Shown here: positions 8,857 to 17,984 of the stretch, in pieces
How positions within the stretch are numbered: the stretch's first letter is position 1
Layout of the letters: every line of letters starts with the position of its first letter
DNA from: an uncultured Spirochaetota bacterium
GTDB lineage: Bacteria > Spirochaetota > Spirochaetia > Treponematales > Rectinemataceae
Reading direction: 5' to 3'
Length of the DNA stretch: 64,000 nt
Assembly (NCBI GenBank): GCA_963778775.1
Contig: CAVZVX010000041.1
Coordinates: forward strand, 2,959 to 66,958
Position numbers and translations under genes: made by a program
Notes under the pieces: model-generated
The model's database searches: none
The model's input: only the letters and a program-made list of their open reading frames with translations
What the model was told of the DNA's origin: nothing

Positions 8857-10989
8857 ATGTCTGATTGCATCGAATCCAAAACTCTCGGCCTCGCGGAGGT
8901 ATACGGGGCCAACTGCTTTTCCAACGCAGTCATGCGGGAACGCCTACCCAAGAGCATCTACTCCGAGCTGCTCAAAGTGCAGGCCGGCAAACGCGAACTT
9001 ACCCTCGACATAGCCGAAGTGGTCGCGAGCGCTATGAGGGACTGGGCCCTGGAGCGGGGGGCCACGCACTATACCCACTGGTTCCATCCCCTCTCCGGGA
9101 TTTCGGCCGAGAAGCACGATTCCTTCATCGCTCCGACCGGCGACGGTAGGGTCCTCATCGAGTTTTCCGGCAAGGAGCTGGTCAAAGGCGAGCCTGACGC
9201 TTCCTCCTTTCCCTCGGGCGGCCTACGGGCCACCTTCGAGGCCCGTGGCTATACCGCTTGGGACGTGACCAGCCCGGCCTTCCTCAAGAAGGCTCCGAGC
9301 GGCACCACGCTGTGCATCCCGACGGCTTTCGTCTCCTATTTCGGCCACGCCCTGGACAAGAAAGTCCCCCTGCTCCGCTCGATCGAGGCGCTCAACAAGC
9401 AGGCGTTGCGCGTCCTCGGCGCCCTCGGCATCAAGGACGCGTCTCGCGTCACCCCGACCGTCGGTCCCGAGCAGGAGTACTTTCTCGTCAATCGCGAGCT
9501 GTATCGGAAGCGTCCGGACCTCGTCCTCACCGGGCGTACGGTCTTCGGCTCCATGCCCGCGAAGGGGCAGGAGATGGAGGACCACTACTTCGGAGCCATA
9601 CAGGAAAAGGTCGCGGCCTTCATGCGCGAGCTCAACGACGAGCTCTGGGCGATGGGCGTCACCGCCAAGACCCAGCATAACGAGGTGGCCCCCAATCAAT
9701 TCGAGCTCGCTTGCGTGTTCTCGAGCTCCAACGTCGCCGCGGACTCCAATCAGCTCGTGATGGAAACCATGAGTGCCGTGGCCGCCCGCCACGGCCTCGC
9801 CGCCCTCCTCCACGAGAAGCCTTTCAACGGCATCAACGGGTCGGGCAAGCACGTCAACTGGTCCATGGGTACCGATACCGGCCTCAATCTGCTCGAGCCC
9901 GGCTCCGACCCCGCTTCCAACGCCCGCTTCCTCGTCTTCGTCTGCGCGTGCATCGAGGCCGTCGATCGCTACGCCCCGCAGCTTCGCGCCTCCGTGGCGA
10001 CCTCGGGCAACGACCTCCGCCTCGGCGGCAACGAGGCTCCCCCCGCCATAATCTCCGTCTTCCTCGGTGACGAGCTCTCAGAAGTCCTCAACGCGACGGC
10101 CGAAGGCAAGCCTTACGTCTCCAAAGAAGGCGGCAAGATCGAGATCGGCGCCGCATCCCTTCCCAAGCTGCCGCAGGATCTCACCGACCGCAACCGCACG
10201 AGCCCCTTCGCCTTCACCGGCAACAAGTTCGAGTTCCGCATGGTCGGCTCCTCGCAGTCCGTCGCGACGCCTTCCATGGTGCTCAACACCGCCGTCGCCG
10301 ACGTGCTCTCCCGCTTCGCCGACCGCCTCGAGGCGGCCGCCAAGAAGGGAGGCGACATGGCGGCGGAGGAGCGAGCCCTCATCGCCGAGTCCTACAAGGC
10401 TCATCGCCGCGTCGTGTTCAACGGCAACGGCTACGCGGAGGAGTGGCACCGCGAGGCCGAGCGACGCGGACTGCCCCGCTTCAAGGCGGCGGTCGAGGTC
10501 ATTCCCGAGCTCGCATCCCAAGCCGGTCTCGAGCTCTTCGCGCGCCAGGGCGTCTTCACGAAGGAAGAGGTCGAGAGCCGCTGCGTGATTTACCTCGAGA
10601 AATACGCGAAGCAGGTGAATATCGAGGCGGGCATCATGGTCGAAATGGCCAAGCGCTATATCTTCCCCGCCGCTACCGCCTCGGCCGAGGACTTCGCCCG
10701 CGCCGCGAGCGCGCTCGCCGCGGTGGGCGCCCTCTCCTCCCCGCAGGAGCTCAGGGCCCGCAAGCTGGCCGAGCTCGCGTCGGCCGTCGCCGACGAAGCC
10801 GAAAAGCTCGAGAAGGCCCTCGCCGGAGTCCAGGAGATCGAGGAGCCCCTCGCCGAGGCGCGGGCCTACCGCGAGAGCGTCGTCCCCAGGATGTCCGCCC
10901 TTCGCGAAAAGGGCGACGCGGTCGAGAGGTTCGTGGAAGCCTCGCGTTGGCCTTTCCCGACCTACGAGGACCTCTTGTTTTCGCTGTAG
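8857..10989 (+). CDS. glnN: Glutamine synthetase type III
   Basis: 710-aa ORF. Length and N-terminus ([15 protein letters not shown]...[10 protein letters not shown]) are typical of GSIII. RBS aggag lies upstream. Confidence 0.9.
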   Translation: MSDCIESKTLGLAEVYGANCFSNAVMRERLPKSIYSELLKVQAGKRELTLDIAEVVASAMRDWALERGATHYTHWFHPLSGISAEKHDSFIAPTGDGRVLIEFSGKELVKGEPDASSFPSGGLRATFEARGYTAWDVTSPAFLKKAPSGTTLCIPTAFVSYFGHALDKKVPLLRSIEALNKQALRVLGALGIKDASRVTPTVGPEQEYFLVNRELYRKRPDLVLTGRTVFGSMPAKGQEMEDHYFGAIQEKVAAFMRELNDELWAMGVTAKTQHNEVAPNQFELACVFSSSNVAADSNQLVMETMSAVAARHGLAALLHEKPFNGINGSGKHVNWSMGTDTGLNLLEPGSDPASNARFLVFVCACIEAVDRYAPQLRASVATSGNDLRLGGNEAPPAIISVFLGDELSEVLNATAEGKPYVSKEGGKIEIGAASLPKLPQDLTDRNRTSPFAFTGNKFEFRMVGSSQSVATPSMVLNTAVADVLSRFADRLEAAAKKGGDMAAEERALIAESYKAHRRVVFNGNGYAEEWHREAERRGLPRFKAAVEVIPELASQAGLELFARQGVFTKEEVESRCVIYLEKYAKQVNIEAGIMVEMAKRYIFPAATASAEDFARAASALAAVGALSSPQELRARKLAELASAVADEAEKLEKALAGVQEIEEPLAEARAYRESVVPRMSALREKGDAVERFVEASRWPFPTYEDLLFSL

Positions 10990-11045
10990 CGGATGAACCT
11001 TCGGGGGCCGGCGGCCGATCCTCCCCCGGCGGCCGGCCCTCGTTC

Positions 11046-12083
11046 TCAATCCTTGATGAGCTCCTCTTCGTAGGCGAAGAGGGCCGGCGTTCCGCCCGTG
11101 TGCCAGAAGACAATGGTCTCGTCTCGGCCGATCTCCCCCGATCTTGCCAGCGAAGCCATGGCGCCCATTGCCCGTCCCGTGTATACGGGGTCGAGAAGGA
11201 TGCCTTCGGTCTCGGCGGCGAGCCTGATGGCCTCGCGTTCCAGATCGCCGACTATGCCATAGCCGGCGCCCGTGAACTCGCGCCTGAGGACGATGTCGCC
11301 CGGATCGAAGCGCGAGCCCAAACCGACGAGGTCGGCCGTCTCGTTCGCGAGGGCGAGCACTCGGTCGGCGAAGCCCTCGCCCTTTGGGGCGAGCGCGTCG
11401 ACCGTCTTGTCGATGCAGATCGCCGAGATTTCGGGCGCCCGCCCGCCGGAGCCTTTAAGGCCGAAGAGCCTGGAGCCCACCATCAGTCCCGATTGCGTGC
11501 CGCCGGAGCTCGACGCGAATACGATTCGCGAAGGCGCGATGTCCGCTTCCAAAAACTGGACACCCAGCTCTCGGGCCGCATCCACGAAGCCGAGCGCCCC
11601 CATCGCGTTGGAACCGCCATAGGGGATGACGTAGGGCGAGCGTCCAGCCGCCCTAAGCTCCTTGGCGACGAGGGGCATGTCCTCCCCTTTACGGCTTCGG
11701 GACCAGCGGATGCGCGCGCCGAGAAGCCGGTCGAGCAGGAGGTTTCCACCGCTGCCTTCGGGCGCGCCGACCGCGCCCGGCTCCGGCTCGCCGAGGACGA
11801 GGTGGCAGTCCAGACCACAGGCCGCGGCGGCGGCGGCCGTTTGCCGGCAGTGATTGGACTGGGCCGCTCCTCCGGTGATGATCGTGTCGCAGCCCTGCGC
11901 GATCGCGTCGCCGATCAGGAACTCCAGCTTGCGCGCCTTGTTGCCTCCCGTCGCGAGGCCGGTCTGGTCGTCCCGCTTCATGAAGATGCGCGGGCCGCCC
12001 AGCGCCGCCGAAAGGCGCGGCAGCTCCACGAGCGGCGTAGGCAGTAGGGCCAGGCTCCTTCTGGGAAACTCCGACAATTCCAC
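11046..12083 (-). CDS. PLP-dependent D-cysteine desulfhydrase / ACC deaminase family protein
   Basis: LLPTPLVELP...KRDDQTGLATGGNKARKLEFL (PLP-lysine motif). GTG start at 12083 behind ggagggg was chosen over the Arg-rich extension to 12233. Confidence 0.8.
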   Translation of the reverse strand: MELSEFPRRSLALLPTPLVELPRLSAALGGPRIFMKRDDQTGLATGGNKARKLEFLIGDAIAQGCDTIITGGAAQSNHCRQTAAAAAACGLDCHLVLGEPEPGAVGAPEGSGGNLLLDRLLGARIRWSRSRKGEDMPLVAKELRAAGRSPYVIPYGGSNAMGALGFVDAARELGVQFLEADIAPSRIVFASSSGGTQSGLMVGSRLFGLKGSGGRAPEISAICIDKTVDALAPKGEGFADRVLALANETADLVGLGSRFDPGDIVLRREFTGAGYGIVGDLEREAIRLAAETEGILLDPVYTGRAMGAMASLARSGEIGRDETIVFWHTGGTPALFAYEEELIKD

Positions 12084-12267
12084 TCGCCCCCTCCTTCTCC
12101 CGATAGAGAATAAGTCGATTTTCCGCCCGGATCCAATATACAAGCGTCTTCGTGGCGAAGAACGACCTCCTCGGGGCCCTTTGACGGATTTTTTCCATAT
12201 TAATGTGGGCCTTTCCCCTTTCCGCCCTCCCATGCCCTCTCTGGCCTAGCTCGGAGACCATGCTATA

Positions 12268-13746
12268 ATGCCCCCGATGAAGGTTTTAAAACGGATCGCG
12301 CCCTTCGCGGTAATAGTGGCGGCGGCCCTCCTCCTCCTGTATTCGCCCGATATCGCTCCCGAGCACTATACGGATCTCGCGACCTTCTTCCGCGTGGAGA
12401 TGCTGAGGCAGGGATATGCCGGATTTTCGGTGGCGGCGGTAGCCGACGGCTCCGTGCTTTACGTGGACGGGTTCGGAAGGGAGGGTTCCGGGGCGAAGAT
12501 CGGTCCCGACACGCGGCTCTACGTTCCTGCCGCGGCCAAATCCATGGAGGCGCTCGCCGCGTACTCGCTCATGCGCGATCAGAGGCTTTCGATCGATAGG
12601 CCCGTCCGCGACTACCTGCCGTGGTTCTCTCTGGGCGGGGACAAGGGCGAACCGACTATCCGCGATCTCCTGTCCCATACGAGCGGGGTCTCGGACCTGA
12701 GTTTCGACGACGCCCACCCCGACGCGCCTACTCTCGAGTCGGCCGTGCGCTACATGGTCGGAGCCGTCGCCCGCGACGTGCCGGGAGCGCGTTTCCATTA
12801 CCTCGATACGGATTACCAGGTTCTCGCCCTCGCGATGGAGAAGGCAGCCGGCAAGGGCTACGCGACCATCCTCTCCGACCGGATCTTCCGGCCTCTCGGC
12901 ATGAAATCGAGCACGGGCCGTCCCTCCGCCCCGTTGCCGAAAGGCAACGCCTCGTTCTTCGCCCTCGCCATTCCGCGCGCCGCCCCCTCCTCGCCCATCG
13001 GCGCGTCCTCGGGCTACGTCGTCAGCACCGCTACTGACATGGGCCAGTACATGGCCTTCCTCCTCGGCCCGGAGAAATTTACGCGGGGTCCCATAGCCGC
13101 CCACGCGGTGGGCGCGCTTTTCGACCCTCTCGTCTCGAGCGCGCCCTACAGCTTCGGCCTCTATCTCGGCAAGTCCGAGGAAGGCCGCTTCGCCTATCAC
13201 GACGGATCCGTCGAGGGATTCTCCTCGCGCATCGCCCTCTGGCCGGACAAGAAGGCCGGGATAGCCGTCTTGGTCGCGCAGAGTTCGCTCATGCAATCCC
13301 TCGTCTCCCTCCCGGCCCTGACCGAGGGCGCCCGCCGCATCATGCTCGACGGCAGCGCGGCTCGTCCCTTCCCCTTAGGCAGGCTCTATATCCTCATGGC
13401 GGTCGTCGCCCTGGTCCATATCATCGCCCTCGCGCTCCAGACCGGCGGAGCGTTGCGATGGGGCAAGGAAGCGCGGGACAGGTGCGAGGCCAAAGGCTCG
13501 AAGGGACCGCTACGCTTCGCGGCTTTCCGCTGCTGGTCGGGAATAGCCGTACGGGCGATCATCGTCGCGCTCGGCCCGGCCGCGCTCGGCCTGGCGTTCG
13601 ACAGGTCGCTTTCGTGGAGGATGCTCTTCGAGCTCGAACCGGGCCTCGCGACCTGGTGCCTGTCGGCGCTGCTGTTCGGCTTCCTGCGCAATGCCGCCAG
13701 GCTCGCGTGGATAGGCGGCCCCGCAGGCTTCCGGCGCTCTCGATAG
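12268..13746 (+). CDS. Beta-lactamase/transpeptidase-fold serine-hydrolase-family protein with C-terminal membrane segments
   Basis: 492-aa ORF with an N-terminal signal anchor. Has family landmarks (DYLPWF, LLSHTSGV), but the SxxK position reads AAAK. Alternative start ATG 12277, if the TGcTATAAT box at 12261..12269 is the promoter. Confidence 0.7.
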   Translation: MPPMKVLKRIAPFAVIVAAALLLLYSPDIAPEHYTDLATFFRVEMLRQGYAGFSVAAVADGSVLYVDGFGREGSGAKIGPDTRLYVPAAAKSMEALAAYSLMRDQRLSIDRPVRDYLPWFSLGGDKGEPTIRDLLSHTSGVSDLSFDDAHPDAPTLESAVRYMVGAVARDVPGARFHYLDTDYQVLALAMEKAAGKGYATILSDRIFRPLGMKSSTGRPSAPLPKGNASFFALAIPRAAPSSPIGASSGYVVSTATDMGQYMAFLLGPEKFTRGPIAAHAVGALFDPLVSSAPYSFGLYLGKSEEGRFAYHDGSVEGFSSRIALWPDKKAGIAVLVAQSSLMQSLVSLPALTEGARRIMLDGSAARPFPLGRLYILMAVVALVHIIALALQTGGALRWGKEARDRCEAKGSKGPLRFAAFRCWSGIAVRAIIVALGPAALGLAFDRSLSWRMLFELEPGLATWCLSALLFGFLRNAARLAWIGGPAGFRRSR

Positions 13747-13865
13747 CGGATCCGCGCGTTCGCGCGGCGAGCGGAAATATTAATAATTTATAAATTACGA
13801 AAATAAGTCCGTATTGACGTGACGGGGCGCTTCCAAAACTACGGGCGAATATATATATTCCTTAC

Positions 13866-14729
13866 ATGATTCCCGAGATATTCACTTCGGATCCTTCATG
13901 GCCGTATACGAAAGCCAAGACCGCGGTCATCGCGGCCGCGTCGAGCGTCATTCGCGAGGAAGGTCCCCGCGCCGCCACGCTCAAGAATATAGCGACGAGG
14001 GCCGGAATCACGGAGCCCGCCATATTCCGTCATTTCGAAGGCGTGGATGGGCTCTTCGAAGGCCTGTTTAGCGCCTACGAGCGGGTTCATCAGCGCGCGG
14101 TATCCGCCTTCTCGGTCGAGGGCAAGGGAATGGCGAAGCTCCGCGAGGCCTGCTTCGCCCTCGTGGCCAGCATCGCCTCGTGCCAGGATTTCTCCTATGT
14201 GCTGCTGAACGCCCGTCACGTATTCCGCGGCTATCCCGAGCTCAAGGCCAAAGTCGCGGAAAACGACGCGAAAGACCAGGGCGCTTTCCTCGCCTGCATC
14301 GCCGAGGGGATGAAGTCGGGCGAGATCCGCTCGGACATCGACCCCGTGTCCGCCGCCTCGTCCCTGATAGGCGGCATTCACGTCGCCTCCACGATGTGGA
14401 TCGAGACCGCCTTCGGCTTCGACATCCGCGAGGCTTTCAAGGATCGTTGGGACGATTTCGAGCGGATGGTCTCCGCCAAGCCGACGTCGAGGTCGCGCGA
14501 GGCCAAGGCCGCCGCCAGGGATCGGGCCGCGGCCTACTTCCCTTTGCGTCCCCTTCCCCTTGCCAGGTCGAAGGTCGGCTCGGCCAGGAAGGCAGCCGGC
14601 GCCCCTACCGCCGATTCTCGGCGCAAGCCCAAGGCCGCGTCCCCGAAGGCCGCGCCTAAAAAGGCCGGGGCCAAAGCCCTCGCGACTAAAGTCGCGACGA
14701 CCAGCCGCGACGAAGGCCGTCTCGGCTAA
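13866..14729 (+). CDS. TetR-family regulator with a Lys/Ala/Pro-rich (histone H1-like) C-terminal tail
   Basis: HTH segment ATLKNIATRAGITEPAIFRHFEG. The last ~70 residues are KAAxPK-type low complexity. The tail continues in another frame to 14760 (…KAVSAKTKKPAPKSK), so the 3' end is uncertain. Confidence 0.75.
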   Translation: MIPEIFTSDPSWPYTKAKTAVIAAASSVIREEGPRAATLKNIATRAGITEPAIFRHFEGVDGLFEGLFSAYERVHQRAVSAFSVEGKGMAKLREACFALVASIASCQDFSYVLLNARHVFRGYPELKAKVAENDAKDQGAFLACIAEGMKSGEIRSDIDPVSAASSLIGGIHVASTMWIETAFGFDIREAFKDRWDDFERMVSAKPTSRSREAKAAARDRAAAYFPLRPLPLARSKVGSARKAAGAPTADSRRKPKAASPKAAPKKAGAKALATKVATTSRDEGRLG

Positions 14730-14769
14730 AACGAAGAAGCCCGCTCCCAAGTCCAAATAGATCGGGTTT

Positions 14770-15864
14770 TCACTCCTCCCAATCGCGGACGGCGGCCAGG
14801 CGCTCCAGCACGGATCTGGGCGACTTGGCCGCCGCCGCCGCCTCGAAGAGCCGCGATGCCAACTCGATGCCCGCGCCCTGCACGGCGCGCCTGGGCAGGG
14901 GATCCGAGTCGTCTATCGCGTCGAGTATCCGATTGATGTCCTTCTTGGTCAGGGCCTCCAGGATGCGGTCGTGGGCCTTCGGCTCCATGCCCTGCATGGC
15001 CGTCGCGACGAGGGCTCCCTCGGCCGCCCGGAAGGCCGCCTTTATCGGCGCCGCGTCCAGGCCGAGGATCGCCTTGGTAAGGGCAGCGACGAAGGCGGGA
15101 TCGGCCGAGAGCTCGTCCTCGGCCCCCAGGCTCAGCTCGCCCCGCTCCTCCAGGTTGCGCACGACGTCGAGGAAGGCCGCCTGAGCCTGCGCGATCTCGT
15201 CGCCCGACAGGCGCGAGCGCAGGTAGGCGGCGTCGTCCTCGAGGGCCATGGCCCCGATCCTGGCGTACAGAGGCTTCGCGAGGTCCATGCTTTCCTGCGG
15301 GCATCCGGCGAGGGCCGCGACCGCGATATCGCGTCCCGACGCTCGTATAGTGCGTTCGAGGTTGCGCTTTTCCATCGCGAGCACGCGGATGACGTCGGGC
15401 AGCTCGCCCGGGACCACGAGGCTTTCCGGTCGGCTTTTCCGGCGTTTGGCCTTGTCGGAGAGCCATGCTTCGGCCTTGTCGTAGTATTCGAAGCCGAGGA
15501 AGGCGGTCATTCGCCGCATTATGACGCTATAGTGCTCGAAGGCCGCGATGCCGCGAAGGCCCGAGCGCACGAGCATCCATTCGAGCTGGGCGCCCGGATC
15601 GGAGCCGGGCCTCGGGGACGCGGCGGCGAGTCTGCGATCCAGCGTCCCCGAGTCGAGGCCGGCCGCGGCCAGCTCGAGGCCGACCTTGAGCGGCTTGCGC
15701 CGCTCGGAGGCGGCGGCGCGGGCCAGGGCGGAGCTCGAGCCGCGCGCCTGGTCGGCGAGGGCTCCGATGCGCAAGGCCAGATCGAATAGGGCGTCCTTTT
15801 TCTGGCGCGAGACCTTGCGGAGCTCCAGGCTCTCGCGCGAGGCTCGCGCGATGGCTTCGATCAC
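14770..15864 (-). CDS. Soluble protein with MotA-loop-like and two FliG C-terminal-like helical segments (hypothetical)
   Basis: 364-aa ORF with no hydrophobic segments. LRSRLSGDEIAQAQAAFLDVVRNLEERGELSL resembles the FliG_C torque-helix region. ALVATAMQGMEPKAHDRILEALTKKDINRILDAIDD resembles a second FliG/MgtE_N-like repeat. GTG start overlaps the upstream stop (GTGA). Confidence 0.6.
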   Translation of the reverse strand: MIEAIARASRESLELRKVSRQKKDALFDLALRIGALADQARGSSSALARAAASERRKPLKVGLELAAAGLDSGTLDRRLAAASPRPGSDPGAQLEWMLVRSGLRGIAAFEHYSVIMRRMTAFLGFEYYDKAEAWLSDKAKRRKSRPESLVVPGELPDVIRVLAMEKRNLERTIRASGRDIAVAALAGCPQESMDLAKPLYARIGAMALEDDAAYLRSRLSGDEIAQAQAAFLDVVRNLEERGELSLGAEDELSADPAFVAALTKAILGLDAAPIKAAFRAAEGALVATAMQGMEPKAHDRILEALTKKDINRILDAIDDSDPLPRRAVQGAGIELASRLFEAAAAAKSPRSVLERLAAVRDWEE

Positions 15865-16289
15865 CTCGTCCCTCCGTCGTCTTGGGCCTTCTCGATCTCC
15901 TCGAGGGCGGCGAGGGCCTTATCGGCGCCGTAGTAGGGCAGGAGCTTCCGAGCCATGAGCGCGGGATCGTCCGATTCGGCGAGGGCGACGAGGCCTTCGA
16001 TGGTGACGCAGGCCTTGAGGAAGGGCCAACCCGAGCGTTCCTCGACGAGCAGATAGGTCGCGAGTATGTCCTCGAGCGCCTCGCCGGCCACGCCTTCCAT
16101 TACCAGGCGGACCCCGACGGCGAGGAGGGGATCCTCGATCGAGGCGAGCTCGGACTCGAGAGCGAGGAAGCCTTCGTCCCGGGCCTTGCGATCCAGATCC
16201 ATGAGGCGCCGGATGATGGGCGTAAGCCCCTTTCTCTCTTCTTCGCGACAGTGCAGCATGCGCGCGAGATCGGCGCTCCATTGGATCAT
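15861..16289 (-). CDS. Stand-alone MotA cytoplasmic-loop-like protein (hypothetical)
   Basis: 142-aa ORF without TM segments. KARDEGFLALESELASIEDPLLAVGVRLVMEGVAGEALEDILATYLLVEERSG aligns, from memory, to B. subtilis MotA ARREGLLALEASIEDVDDAFLKNGLSMAVDGQSAEFIRDIMTEEVEAMEDRH. RBS ggagggg lies upstream. Confidence 0.6.
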   Translation of the reverse strand: MIQWSADLARMLHCREEERKGLTPIIRRLMDLDRKARDEGFLALESELASIEDPLLAVGVRLVMEGVAGEALEDILATYLLVEERSGWPFLKACVTIEGLVALAESDDPALMARKLLPYYGADKALAALEEIEKAQDDGGTR

Positions 16290-16458
16290 GTCCCCTCCAC
16301 CACGCCGATAATATACGCCGCCCGGAGCCTTCGTTCAAAGAGGGCGGGGAGTTTTCGCAGAGTATTCCGCGCCGAATCGGCCTTTTCGCGTCCTGGAGAT
16401 TGCTTCCCGAAAATCCGCGCGTTATATATTTCTCCGTCGTGAATCAGGAGGTGGCTCA

Positions 16459-16749
16459 TTGAGGAAAACCGGGATCGTCCTGCTCTCCCTCCTGTGCGCT
16501 TCGGGTCTCGCCTTCGCGGCGAACGACGCGTCGTCGTCGACCGCCTCCAAGCCTTGGGTCGACAAGGGCAGCCTGCTCGCCGACGTCGGCGTCGGGTGGG
16601 GCGGCTTATCCGTCGGCGCCGAATACGACCTCTCCCGCATCGATGTCGCCAAAGTCCTCCCGCTGACTTTCGGCGCGGCGGCCCGGGCCTCCGGATCCTT
16701 CTATTGGCCCCTCTACTATTCGACGATCGGCCTGATCCTAAAGCTCTAG
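16459..16749 (+). CDS. Small secreted protein, possibly a truncated beta-barrel fragment
   Basis: TTG start behind aggagg. Signal peptide LLSLLCASGLAFA, then Gly/aromatic-rich beta-strand-like text. Weak call. Confidence 0.3.
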   Translation: MRKTGIVLLSLLCASGLAFAANDASSSTASKPWVDKGSLLADVGVGWGGLSVGAEYDLSRIDVAKVLPLTFGAAARASGSFYWPLYYSTIGLILKL

Positions 16750-16898
16750 AACGGATGGGCTCGGTGCGCATCCCAACTATTTTCGGGCAAAGCGCGGAAA
16801 ACTTTTGCCATACTCGATAGATGTCGATATAATAATCAGATCGATTCGCGCAGGGTGGATCGCGCATCGCGATTCGAGGGAAAGGGGGAACGCCCTAC

Positions 16899-17909
16899 AT
16901 GGCCGATAGAAGCGCCGCGCAGCTCGTCGAGATACGGCTGGTCGAGCTCAAGCGCGTCGACGCATCCTACTTCCAGGACTACGCCAAAGTGCACGAGCGT
17001 TTGGAGCGTCGGCTGGATAAGGAGCCGCGCCCCCTCGCGCCGCAGACCGTAAGCGACGTAGCCGACGAGCTCGTCGTGTGGCTGTCGTCGCTCGCCGCCA
17101 AAAACTATTCCCACGATAAACTCTCCCAGCTCCTCCGCGTAGGGCTCGGCCATCTCTGCGCCGAGCTCATCGTGGTCAATCCCCATCTTCCTCAGGACGA
17201 AGTGGCTATAAGGGCCTACGCGGAGCTCCAGCGCCGCGGATGGGACCTGGCCACCTACGATCCGGAGGTGGCCGCCGCCGCTCTCAAGCGCGAGAGGGCG
17301 ATCGAGGCGGCCAGGGTCAAGTCGCGCTCCCAATCCAAGAAGCCTTCGTCGGCCGCCGATGCGTCCGACGCTAAAGAGAAGGTGATAGGTAACCTGAAGG
17401 TCGCCGCAGTCAAAGCCGCAAACAAGGCCGCGCCGGCGAAGAAGGAGGCTCTCATGGCGTTAGAGAAGAAGTCTTCGCCCGCAAAACCGGCGAAGAAACC
17501 CGCGGCTAAAAAGCCTGCGGCGAAGAAGGTCGTGGCTAAGAAGCCGGCCGTCAAAAAGGCCGTGGCCAAAAAGCCGGCCGTCAAAAAGGCCGTGGCCAAG
17601 AAGCCGGCCGTCAAAAAGGCCGTGGCCAAGAAGCCGGCCGTCAAGAAGGCCGTAGCCGCAAAAGCGGCTGCCAAGAAGCCGGTCGCGAAGAAGGCCGTAG
17701 CCGCAAAAGCGGCTGCCAAGAAGCCGGTCGCGAAGAAGGCCGTAGCCGCAAAAGCGGCTGCCAAGAAGCCAGCCGTCAAGAAGGCTGTGGTCGCGAAGCC
17801 CGCTGTCAAGAAGGCCGTGGCCAAGAAGCCGGCCGCCAAGAAAGCGGCGGAGCCCAAACCTGCGCCGATAGTCTCTCCGATAGAGGAGAAGAAGCCCGAG
17901 GTCATGTAG
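16899..17909 (+). CDS. Histone H1-like nucleoid-type protein: ~150-aa globular N-domain plus AKKP-repeat tail
   Basis: 336-aa ORF. The C-terminal half is [10 protein letters not shown] x4 followed by [15 protein letters not shown] x3. The antisense ORF 17255..17986 is a shadow. Confidence 0.75.
   Translation: MADRSAAQLVEIRLVELKRVDASYFQDYAKVHERLERRLDKEPRPLAPQTVSDVADELVVWLSSLAAKNYSHDKLSQLLRVGLGHLCAELIVVNPHLPQDEVAIRAYAELQRRGWDLATYDPEVAAAALKRERAIEAARVKSRSQSKKPSSAADASDAKEKVIGNLKVAAVKAANKAAPAKKEALMALEKKSSPAKPAKKPAAKKPAAKKVVAKKPAVKKAVAKKPAVKKAVAKKPAVKKAVAKKPAVKKAVAAKAAAKKPVAKKAVAAKAAAKKPVAKKAVAAKAAAKKPAVKKAVVAKPAVKKAVAKKPAAKKAAEPKPAPIVSPIEEKKPEVM
17535..17783. repeat. Coding tandem repeats: 30-bp unit x4 followed by 45-bp unit x3
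   Basis: gccaagaagccggccgtcaaaaaggccgtg-type units, then gccgtagccgcaaaagcggctgccaagaagccggtcgcgaagaag units. Read directly; boundaries are approximate. Confidence 0.85.
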
Positions 17910-17984
17910 CCCGGATTTCCCCTGAACGGATAGACGGTCCCGGTGCGTCTGGCGTGCCGGGACCGTTTTCTATAGAATGCTTTC

